Shown: positions 1 through 11,378 of the stretch, one piece after another
Numbering within the stretch: position 1 is the stretch's first letter
How the letters are laid out: every line of letters starts with the position of its first letter
Assembly (NCBI GenBank): GCA_016748015.1
Contig: JAAOMT010000128.1
Location: 937,538-1,001,537 of the forward strand
Source: Geosiphon pyriformis uo1
Taxonomy: Eukaryota > Fungi > Glomeromycota
DNA: 64,000 nt
Direction of reading: 5' to 3'
Translations under genes and position numbers: made by a program
The notes under the pieces: generated by a model
Database searches by the model: none
Seen by the model: only the letters and a program-made list of their open reading frames with translations
What the model was told of the DNA's origin: nothing

Positions 1-387
1 ATTATTTTTTTTACATATTTATTTATTTTATAAAACTTAATTGTAATATTATTTAAATTATTGCTTTTAATAGAATTTTAATTACAATTTTTTAATTAAT
101 TTTGATAATACTTCTAAATAACAATATAATAAATTGGTTTTTTAATTTTTATAAATTAAATTTAACATTAATTAAATAAATTTTTTTAAATATTATTTTT
201 AAGTATTTATTATTAAAATATTAAATATCAATTTTTTGTTTTAAATTAGTATAAGTTTTTTTTTTATTAGCTTTACAAGTAAAGTTCAAACACTATCTAG
301 TGCTATACATCAAAGAAATGATCTAAACTAGGCATGAATCATGTACTTTCTACATGTAACCAGCCACTCGAGCCAATCAGAACAATA

Positions 388-3300
388 TTATACAATTATA
401 TGAACTAAAACTGAGTTACTTATGCCTGAAAAAAACAAACAAGTTTTGCAAAAGCCAAAACAAACACCAAAAGCATTAGCAATACCAAGTAATTTGACCA
501 CTCCAGCCAACAATCTTGAGGCCAAACCAGAAACTGAGATAGGAACCAAACCATTGAAGGAAATCAACCTATTCTTCTCTATAAAAGCACAATGTTTAGC
601 ATGAACTGACTAGACATTACTCTTAAAATCAAGACTAAAAGAGCACACAAATTTGACAATTTCCAAACCAGCAATCTTAAGATCCAGAAAAATGGTGACT
701 GCTTCATGAAACCAATCATTAAAAACAAAATCCTTATAAAAAGCTATGGACAAAGAGGAATTAGAAACACATGAAGACAACAGTTGTAGTATGCCCAAAG
801 AAGAATGAAAAAGACCAGAAACTGCCTTTCAGAATTCCACATAGGATTCTAACAACTAATGTTGGACAGAATCATCAATCTTGCAAGAGAATACATAATC
901 CAATGCCTTCACATTTCCACAATATAAACATAACACACTCGAATATAGTCTATTATACAGGCACTTCTAAATAGCAACTGGCAACTGGTAGTGTAAAACC
1001 TTCATAAAATAAGTACATACATTAGCCAAGAGTCTGCTGGTGAAACCAGTGGCCATATGCAAGTCAGGGTGCCAAACCAAAGATAAACAGAACCAGTTAA
1101 TCTCAGAAAGCAAACCGCCTGCCAAAAACCTGGAACCAGAACCAACCTCCCAGTGTACATGACAAACCAAATAATAAATATCACATACAAAATATCTGGA
1201 ATTGCCAAAAATCACACTACCATCAGCCATTATGAAGCATTCACCCAAGCGAAAAGGAAGATACCAATTAGAGAGAGAAGCATCATTAGCAATTGTGTTA
1301 GCATACTCATTCCCTAAAACACCAGAGTGGCTTTTAACTTTATGCTAGTTAATCTTCAAATTTTTACTGTGAATAACATTAACAATATGACAACGTTTGA
1401 CTCAACACTGATCATGAAAGTCGGAACACACCAAACTCAATTCAGACTTACAGACATCTAGCACAGATTAACTATCCAAAAACAATTTAACAGAGCCCAG
1501 TAAGAGGACACTTTCCAGAGCCAGTGCAATAGCCTGCAATTCTGCCAAAATGGATGACATCAAACCTGATACACTAATACCCAAACCCAAATTAATGTCC
1601 TTGAAAAAAGCAGTGGTACCAGCTCTACAACCAACTGTGTCCAAGTTACTAAGGGACCAATCTGTATATACTGACAAACTATCAGCACCAACTTGTGAGA
1701 AACGATTACAGACAGAAACAAAATCACTAGATTTAAAAATGTTCAAAGAACCAACACCATCCAAAACCGAAGGATGAGTAAGAGAGAAACCTTTACCATC
1801 AAGAAATACAACAGAAAGCTTAAACCACTCAGGAACAAAGCCATGAAAGTCTAATCTTTTCTAATGCTTAAAGATGTGCCAATCAAAGACAGAACCATAA
1901 CAATCATAAAGTTGATCCACAAAGACAATACCATACCATTGAAGAGAAAGGAAAAACCTGAAAAACTGTGGCTTGCCTAGAACAGCAGACATAGGGATCT
2001 CACCACAAAACCGAAAAGAATTGGCCAAAGAGCTGTCCAGGGACAAATTGCAATTAAGAAAAATACAAACCATACTTGCCAAAAAGTTATCAGAAACACT
2101 GACATAAATACACACAAGAGAACTCAATAGATAAATAGAGTGTTAGCATAGAACCTGCAAGTCATGGGACCTGTAAAAGAACAAACAACTCAAGACACTA
2201 CCTGAGTTTGCAAAACTAATAAGAGAGACCACTTTGCTCTCAGACTGAACTTGAAAGAAAAATTTCAAACCATAAAAGAAAGAATAATGAATTGTATCAC
2301 TAGGAAAATCGAGAAGTAGGCCAGATTTAAACTTCAAGCCCTTATAAATTAAAGCATTCTACTTGTTGCATGTACCAATAAAAACAAAGCTGAACTGTGT
2401 TCTATAACTAACTATAAGATAAAAAACTGCTGATACCAAATATAAGAACTGTTTATCTGAGACAGCTTTTTTTAGGACCAGATTGGTAAAAAAATGAATG
2501 TCTGAATTTGTTTTTACCAGACTAGGCTTTGAGAAATCTTCAGTTGAGAGAAAAATACCCAAATATTGATGAGATTCACCCTTTTTGGCAATGGAAATTG
2601 GCAAGCCACTGATAGAAAAAGAAGGAGTGCTGACTCTGCTATTGATAGAAATGACCACTATTTTGTTATTATTGATAGAAATATAATTTATCCAAAAAAA
2701 TTCACTTGCAACATTGAGAATATGTTGAATAACTGCCTAATTACTACCAACCCAAATTGTATCATCAATGAAAGCACCAGCAGCAAAAAAAGAAAAGAGC
2801 CCAGCCCAGGACTCAGCACAACCATTCCTTAAAATAAAATGAGAACTTAATCTATAACCACACATGTTTTCCTGTCTCTTGACTTTGCATAGCAGAGGAT
2901 CATAAAATATGCACCACAGAAAAGGAGAAAAAACTTCCCCTTGGTTCAAACCATTATATACACGATAACCATTTGTCAATCCAAAATCTGTCATCACTCT
3001 ATTAGTATAATCTCTATAAATACCACCAAAAAACTAAATGAACTTGCTACACATCTTAATCTTGACCAAACTTTTCTTGAGATGTTTCCAGCTGACTGAA
3101 TTGTATGCTTTCTAAATATCTTGCAAAACCAGTCAGAGCTCCTGATTCTTTCCCAATACATTCTTAACTACTGATCCAATTGCAAAAATAGGAGACTAAG
3201 TCGTCATACCCTTTAAAACCAAAAAATTGTCCTTGCAAAGAATGTCAAAAGTACTGTATACCAAAAAAATCCTATCAGAAAGTATCTTGGAAAGGATCTT

Positions 3301-5077
3301 ACAAGCCATCTCGATTAAAGCAATAGGGTGAGTATTCATGAGAACACCCTTCTACTCATATGGTTTAGGAATTATCAAGACCCAAGCCTTTTTCCAAGAT
3401 TTGGGCACTAATTCACAAGAAAGACAAAAGTTCAAAAATAGCAAAAGCATATCCAAAATCGACTTATTACAATGTTTCCAAAGCTTATTTGTGATACCCG
3501 AGAGACCAGCAGCTTTGCCATCAGGCAGATCGGAAATCACATCAAACAACTTACTAAACTCAACTGAACATATTACACCAGAAAAGACCTCATCAAAAAC
3601 ATAATCTAATGGCCAATATTGATAAGACCAAACATCAGAGACATTGGCTACCACATCACACTTCCTGGTTTATTCTTCTATAATAATGTCTATCTTAGAT
3701 TTAACTGAATTGGACTCCAAAATAAGCTCATCATCAACTACCAGGTAATTCAGAACCACTTTGTGGAAAGGATGCTCCAGAACACTTCTAATAGTATGAC
3801 CCTTATTTGTCTTAAAGCTTTCTATTCTCTTATCTATAGCAGATCTAATGTTTGCCTCCCTAGCCCTCAGAGATTCAGCAAGCTTGGCAGCACAATAAAA
3901 CTTTCTAGCAACAAAGAGAGCAGAATGAATGTGACCAGAGCCAGCACCAGAGTTCACAACATTCTGAACAACTGAAGCCTTAGCATTGTCCAAAGAAATC
4001 CAACATCTCATAAGAAAATCAAAATTTACAATGCTCTTTTCATGTAAAACCCTGACAATTCTAGAAACCAAGAGCTCTAACTTGTGAAATCTCAAAGATC
4101 CCTTGGTAAAAACATTATTAAAGCCCTTGAACCATTTTTTTTTAAACATCTTATCAGCTAAAAAAACCATTATTTTGCGAATAATATTCCACATCACATC
4201 CAAATCCAAAAAGCTTGCAAAGATAGCAAACTTATCTGAGAGCATTGCAGCATTAGCTGATATAGCATCTTTGAAATTGTTCTATTTATTTTTATCAGCA
4301 TCTTTGAAATCAAACCTCCACTGATCCCTATTTGCTTGCTTGCAAAAAGAATTCAACTACATATTCAAAAGTCCATCCAAATCCACAGACATAAAAACAG
4401 CATGATAGTCAATATCAAAAAATTCACCAACATCAGACACCTTGCAATCCACTATAGCATTGACCAAATTCAAAGAAATGAACAAGAAATCAATAGTCTT
4501 AGCCACATCCCAAGAGTTAGCCCATGTGAGCAATTTGACAAAAGAACTTCCATCTAAGAAATTGACCAAACCAAGATCTAGACACTTTTTGAAACTAGCA
4601 CACTTTCGGGAGCCATCTTTATTGAAGTCACCACTCAAAACCACAAACAAAAGATTCATTGACCACCTTTGCTATTACAAAATTAATATCATTAGCCTGA
4701 AAGAAATGAACAGCCATAGATGCTCCAGCATAAAGCTCCAAAATTGACACAGAAAGTTTATTCTTAAATAACAGCTTGACTGAAAGAAGCTAACCAGGTA
4801 CCTCCAAAACCTTACTAATATGACAAGCTAGAGAAGTGTTCATAATGATTGTGACACCAGTACCAAGAAAACCTTTGTCCAATCCAGATGAAAAGATCCT
4901 AACTCTATTGAATTTATCCCTAATCTAAAGCCTGTTGCTAGACCTTAGCTTTGTTTCTGTAATTATCAAAACCAAATTTCCAGAATCTCTATGCCAATGA
5001 ATAATGTTTTTCTGCTTGACAGGAACATTAATATTTTGAACATTACACATTGCAAACTTCTACACAAAGTTATTCAT
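388..5077 (-). pseudogene. LINE-A ORF2: AP endonuclease, reverse transcriptase, RNase H, C-terminal zinc knuckle (many stops)
   Basis: Fragments GDFN..TWANS..IDF (APE); GLNQGEVFSP and AFIDD (RT); VYTD..AELQAI..LDS (RNase H). Confidence 0.92.
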
Positions 5078-7023
5078 TGGGAAGTAAGAGAAGTTGATAA
5101 ACTCAAGCCAGAGCACAAACGATCCAATCTTTCCAAAACAGATTCAACTGATATCTCCAAAGCCACTATCTTGGATTCTAAACCACTCACTTTGGTGGTC
5201 AGAACTTTAAAACTACTTGAACTAAAGTCTGCAACTGAGTCTGCAACAACAACCAAAAAAGAGGGAGGAGGAGACATTAGAGTATCATTCAGAGCTATTT
5301 CTGAGTCCAAATTAGATGTAACAAATGCAAGGACAACCAGAGGAAAGATATGAGATTTGGATGCCTAAGGCATTAATTCCACAAAGCTCAATTTTTTCAT
5401 AATAACCGAAACCTGATCTGCCAAGAGCTTTAAAGAACATTCCAGAGAGGCCAATCAATCAACCAAACAGAAATCACCAAAAGAATTAAAAACCAACAAG
5501 ACAGGTTTTGCACTTGAAGATGAATCAGTACCAAAAAGATCTGACAAAACCGCATAAGAGAAAGAACCACCAGCAATTTGGGTCCAAGTTTTCCCACTGA
5601 AAAAAACTGGGTAAACAATTAGTGTCTGCTTCCTCTTATATATGTTGGCCAAATGGATCCGATCCTGAGGAGTTACCATCTGCTTACCACAAACATCAAA
5701 ATTTCCACCCAATAAACACTCTGTAGAAATATGACCAAACTGTTTGCAATAAGCACAACAGGCCAAAAAAAGGCTAGCCCAGCACAAATTCACACCTTTA
5801 AACACTAGAGTAGAACCAATAGCAGCCAATTTGAATGCTTTGTCAACAAAACACACAATTACACATTTATTATGCACATATGAATTGAGATTATGGCCAA
5901 TGAAACAAGTCTTCTTACCATATGATTTTAACAAATCAGAAAGATTATGAGCTGTAGTACCAACTGAAAAAATATAAAACAATGCCTAATGCAGATCTTT
6001 TGATACTCATGATTGTTTATTATTAATAGCTTTTACCATATGAACAGAATTTTTTCCCATAAAGACAGACCATTTAGCTACAACCAAATCAGCTACTTTA
6101 AATGACTCAAACCCCACAAAAACTTTTTGTCATAGACCAATCAAGTGCATCTTGATTGATGCAATCTTTCCAAACTTAGAAAAAACAGATTTCACAGCCG
6201 ATTTGGGAAAATCAACTGGAATCTCCTTAACAACAATTATCCAATCTGAAAGTTTGTTTATCTGTCTAACATCATCATTCACCACAATTTTCTCATGAAT
6301 TGCCAATTCCCTAGCCTTCTTTAGACTTAATTCAGACGTGAAGAAGGATCTGATAATTCCAGAAAATTTTGAGAAAGTGAAGGCTTTCCCAAAACCATCA
6401 ACTCAATAAAAAATTTTTTTAACTGAAATTAACTTATTACCATTGGTTTTTCTAGACACAGCAAACAATTCCATATTCAAAGTGAATAATTTTACTGGCT
6501 CGAAACACCATTTTTCTAGAACACATGAATCTGCAGACAGCAGCTAATTGAATCTAACAAATTTAGGTGCCAGAAGCACCAACTCAGTATCATTGTCACT
6601 TATATGTTCAAATAAAAGTTTTTTTGGAGGGTTGCCCAACACGTATGTTCGTGTGCAAGTTTTTTTTGGCATTGCTTCATCCATATTATTGTCTTCACCA
6701 GATTTAGCATAACTGGTTTCTTTAGCAACCATGTTTTCCATATTATCAACATTTGAGAGACTGCTTACATTGCTAAAAACACTGCCAACTTTGCTGTCTC
6801 AAGACATTACAGACTTAATACTGACACCACTAATATTTTCTAAGCTCAAAGAGCCAACAGATGAATCAACCACTTTACTGGCTACAGGCATCTTTGGCTT
6901 CTTAAACAATGGACTACAGAAGTACACACTATTCACACGAGCTTTTTTCTTATTACTAGACCAGGTCCCCAAACCAGCTAAACCAGTACCAGAACCACCA
7001 GCAAAAGCACTTACTGGATTTAT
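5074..7023 (-). pseudogene. LINE-A ORF1 (RRM-like, CCHC, coiled coil); start codon appears decayed to ATA
   Basis: CAYCKQFGHISTEC knuckle; homologous to LINE-B ORF1; ends SQ* overlapping the ORF2 ATG. Confidence 0.88.
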
Positions 7024-8641
7024 AGCAATGAAAAAAGGAAAGTTGGAAGAAATAATTAGAAAAGAAACAAAGAAAAAGGGAAAAAAAACTAATTAAAATT
7101 TCGATAAAATTTTTGCTCTCATCATGATCAGCGGATTGATAAGAGAAAGCTAAAAAGTTTTTTGATTTAAAATTATTAAATAAATTATGTAAATTTTCAA
7201 AATTTTTTTTTTTAAGTTTTTTTTATATTAATATTTTTTATAATATTAGCATAAAATAAGATAATTTTTACAAAAATAAGCATTAATTTAAACAAAATAT
7301 TGTTTTTGCTTTTAGCAAATAAAATATAATTATTAGTAGTTTTTTAAAATTTTTTTAACAAATTAAATATTTTATAATTGGTAATTTTATTGGTTATTTT
7401 AGTAAATATTTTTTAATATTGTATTTTTTTGGTGTTTTTTTTTCTTATTTTAGTTTGTATTATATAATAAAATTTAATTTTATTATGTAAATAATACTGT
7501 AGTCTATTTTAAATAGTATTCTTTTTTTTATTAATTATAAATAAAAATTATATATTAATATTTTAATTTAATATTTTCTTAATAATGGTTTTTTTTATAA
7601 ATAAAACATAATTTTTTGTTCTATTTATTATGTTTTTTTTAAATAATCATATTTTTATTAATATAATAGTTAAAGTAATAATAAATTGGTTTTTTATATT
7701 TTTGCTAATATATTATATATAAATAAAAGCTTTTTTTAATATATTAAATATTTTAGCTTTGATTTATATTGTTATTTATTTTTTTTATGTAATTATTATT
7801 ATTTATTTAAATTTTTTTTACTTATTTAAATTAATATAAATAATAGTTTTGTTTTTTATTATTAGTTTATAAAAGTTAATAAATTTTAAAAACTGGTAAT
7901 ATTAAGTTTTTTTGACTTTAAAGATAGATTTTTAATTGGTATTAAGTTTTTAAAAATGACTATAAATAATTAAATTATTATAGTTAATAAAAAATTTCTG
8001 TATAGATTAATTTAATATAATATTTGTTTTTATTAATTAGTTATTAATAATATTATAGTACTTTTTGTCTCCTTAATTTTATGATTATGACTAAAGCAAA
8101 GAGTAAAAAAACTGTATCTGATATTTTTTTTGAGATATCTAATAAAATTTCAACCAGAGAAGCTCTCTTTGTTATAGAAGCAACTAGGCAAAACGTTTTA
8201 GAAGCTTTTTCTTTACCTAATAATTGTAAAAAGCTGTCTTTGGTAGTTACTAAAGCAACTTCCTCATCTTTGGCTGGTTTTTACTAGTCAAAGTTCCTTC
8301 AAAAAAACACACTTGGATTAGTCCAGTGTTGTTTTCACCCCAACTAAGAGCCCAAAAGTTTTTAATAATAGACTTATAAACAAGCTAGTCTTCCTTTTTT
8401 TTGCTTCAACATCTGGTGCTGCTAGCATTATCTCTTCAAAAAAATAGTCAAAAAAAACAAAAGTTCAGAAAAATGGAAGCAGTCACTTGTTTCTGTTATT
8501 GTTACACCAATTTCTTTGTGGTTCCCAATAAGATCTTAGATGTAATCTTTATAGCATCATCCAACATATCATTTAAGATGGGCCAAGATCAACCATTGGC
8601 TGTGTTACTTAATGTAATGTTTTCTAACAGATTGTTACCAG

Positions 8642-9203
8642 TATTACAAGATGGTTTTCTTGTTATATTTAATTGCTGATATCCCATTTTAATTGCAATC
8701 AGTCTTTCGTGAGTTCCTCAATTCTATTTGTGTAATAATGTCACTGTTATACTGAAGGCTTTCTTTTTAATGTTGTGATGTAAGTTATTCTTCAATTCCT
8801 GATTGTTGTGTGTGTTTATGTACTCCTTCTCAGAGGCTGAACTGAAATCTACCCACTGTCTGGGGTCTTTTCTGAGGCTATCCTTGCAATTGCCTGATGT
8901 GTTTCTCTAATCTAGAAACACAGAATATTAATGGTCTTTAGTGCTTTTTCTAATTCTCACAATAAAGCTTCTGTCTCTTATACACATCTTGTAATACTTT
9001 CTTTTTAATATTTCAACCTGGTGTTTGCTGCTATCACCAGTTGGTGTTGGCTGCTATTGTGAACTGATACTTGCCACTATTGCGAGATGGTATTTGCTAC
9101 TATATTAATCATTACCTTTCTAAGATTATTACTGTGCTATATTATGATTGAATAGTTTGTATTATTTTTATGATTCTTTTTGCTAAATTTTTAAACCGTA
9201 ACA
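8642..9203 (-). repeat. G1 3' LTR (562 bp; 332 bp replaced by adapter sequence)
   Basis: Direct repeat of 17136-18010 except for the segment corresponding to 17465-17796. Confidence 0.95.
8971..8989 (+). other. Tn5 mosaic end / Nextera adapter (assembly artefact)
   Basis: Exact CTGTCTCTTATACACATCT, located precisely where the partner LTR has 332 bp of other sequence. Confidence 0.95.
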
Positions 9204-9218
9204 TTATCCTCTCCTTTC
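9204..9218 (-). promoter_or_regulatory. G1 polypurine tract
   Basis: GAAAGGAGAGGATAA immediately before the 3' LTR TGTTAC. Confidence 0.85.
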
Positions 9219-9885
9219 AAAATTGAGCTCCATCAAAATCAAAGTTAATTTCTTTATTAAATTCTAAGTTACTATAGTGGTTCAATACTGTGTTATTAAT
9301 TTGTTGTTGTAATTCTTGAAATTGCGAATTGGTAAGTTGTCCAATACTGTTGGTTGTTATTATGTTCATGGTTGGGTCCAACAATAATTTGTGACAGTTT
9401 TCAAATGCTTTGAAAATTCTGTAAACTGTTTTTGAATGGAATGTAGTGTTGGTTTTTCCAATGAAAGGTTCTAATAGTTGGATAGTTGTTTTGTCAAACA
9501 CTCTAGTTGAGTCTTTTGAGTATAATATTTGTATGTTCAAGTGCTTTCTTAGTTGATAATAACAGTAATTAATTGGAAATTTCGTTTTTAAGTTGCTAAA
9601 TGTGTCTGGTGTTAATTCACTTATTTCTATTTTTTCTATTATTAATGTATTGCCCAATGCTATTTCTAATTTTTCAATAACTTTGCTAATAAATTTGTTG
9701 TTATATTTGACAATATTATATGATTCAAAATTATGTTCTTTTTTTGTTTTTGGATTTTCTATTGTTCTTTTTATGTATGTTATCTTGGAGCTATTAACTG
9801 TGATTTCCAGATTGGATTTTAATTGTTGTAAGCTTTCAACTAATTGTTGAGTTATATTGTTGATGTTTTCTGGAATAAGTATCAT
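9217..9885 (-). CDS. G1 ORF3, 222 aa, unknown function (intact frame)
   Basis: ATG to stop open; homologues at the same position in G2, G3, G4; ends FDGAQF* within the PPT. Confidence 0.8.
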   Translation of the reverse strand: MILIPENINNITQQLVESLQQLKSNLEITVNSSKITYIKRTIENPKTKKEHNFESYNIVKYNNKFISKVIEKLEIALGNTLIIEKIEISELTPDTFSNLKTKFPINYCYYQLRKHLNIQILYSKDSTRVFDKTTIQLLEPFIGKTNTTFHSKTVYRIFKAFENCHKLLLDPTMNIITTNSIGQLTNSQFQELQQQINNTVLNHYSNLEFNKEINFDFDGAQF

Positions 9886-9969
9886 TGTTTTAATTTTGAC
9901 TGCTATTTTGGAATCTTTTGCATGCGTTTTTATGGTTGTTAAATCATTTTTGCCATGATCTAAAATTAA

Positions 9970-11349
9970 TTATCTTTTTGAATAATGTTCAATTAAAACT
10001 ATTGGTTCTAAATCTCATGGAATTTGTTCTGGTAAAATTAAAGGTAATTGTGTTCCAATTCTGGGTGTTTTTGTTGTTATTACTGGTTTACTGTAATAGA
10101 ATTTCAGCCAGTTACCATGTGCTGCTTTTTTTAATATTTTATCATCTAGTCTTAGCTTGTATGCTCCATTTCCAAGTATTTCGTGAATATAAAATGGTCC
10201 ATCCCACTTGTGATCAAATTTTCCACTCCACTGTTTTTCCATTTTTGTACGATACAACAATACTTTATCTCCAATTTTGTAGCTAATTATATTATCTGGT
10301 AACTGGTTATCATGTCTCACTTTTTGTTGTTCTTGTGATTGTTCAATATTTTGTGCTGCTTTTTTTCTTTTGTTTTCTAAAGTTCTCATTAATTTATATG
10401 TTCTTCTAAGTAGTGTTTCTTGGAATGTTGCTTCCATAATAGTGTCACTTGGATAAGTTGGGATAATAATTTCAACTGGTAATGTGGCTTTTCTTCCATA
10501 AACTAGTTCAAATGGTGTGAATTGTATAGTATCTTGTTTTACTGTTCTATATGCTAGTAGTACTGCTGGTATGAACAAATCCCATTCTTTTTCATGTTTG
10601 TTACTAATTTTCACTAGTAATTCACATAATGTGCGATTAAATCTTTCAACTAATCCATTTGTTTGAGGGTGGTATGGTGATAATAGTGGTCGCTTGATTC
10701 CAAATTTTTGGCTAAGTTCTTTTAAAGTGCTGTTTACGAAGTGTGTGTCTTGATCTGATAGCAATTCTTGTGGACATCTATGTCAGCAAATTAAGTTTTC
10801 ATGTACAAATTGAGCTATGGAAATAGCATCAGCTGTTTTAATAGCTCTAGTTTCTGGCCATTTGGTGAGATAGTCCATGGCTACTGCAATATAATGGTTG
10901 TTTCTTGTTGTTATTGGTAAGGGTCCAACTAAATCAATTCCGATTCTGTCAAATGGCTGTCCAACTTTTATTGGTCTTAATAATTCCATTGTTTTTGCTC
11001 CTCCTCTTCGTTGGCATGGGTCACAATTTCTTATGTATTGGATTATGTCTGAACTCATTTTTGGCCAATAGTAACAGCTAGTTGCACATTGGATGGTTGC
11101 TGTTTTTTCAAAATGGCCTGAATGAATATCTGAGTGCATGTTAAATAAAATAGTTTTTTTTTCATCCGTGGTTATAACTCTTAATAGATTATCTGGATTT
11201 TGTCAATTCTGATAATAAAGTATGTGATTTTGGATGAAATAGTGTTTTGCTAATTTTTGGAGCTTAATTAGCTCTTTTACTGGCATTTTTTCATCTATTT
11301 GTAGTGTTTCTAAGTATTGGCTGAGGTTTTTGTAAAGGTGGTTGTTCAT
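9970..11349 (-). pseudogene. G1 integrase as separate ORF (HHCC, DDE, GPF/SH3-like)
   Basis: MNN start at 11349; HSD..GH..CDPC; IDLVGP, SDQ, NGLVERFN; WDGPF. Confidence 0.9.
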
Positions 11350-11378
11350 TGTTGTTGTGGCGGGTGGGTTGGTGATTT

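Larger units (their letters stand above)
256..7150 (-). mobile_element. LINE-A: full-length decayed non-LTR retrotransposon (APE-RT-RNase H type)
   Basis: ORF1 and ORF2 fragments collinear with LINE-B/C; 3' tail and poly(A) (T-run 256-265); 5' motif 7115-7149 matches LINE-B 23646-23680 (25/35). Confidence 0.92.

Noticed and set aside
8885-8925. Hammerhead ribozyme (CTGATG..hairpin..GAA) in the G1 LTR, and similar motifs in LINE tails
   Set aside because: The core CUGANGA/GAAA/NUH with three stems cannot be assembled; only simple hairpins are present
9217-9885. ORF3 as a retroviral env
   Set aside because: No signal peptide, transmembrane helix or furin-site/fusion-peptide pattern; too short
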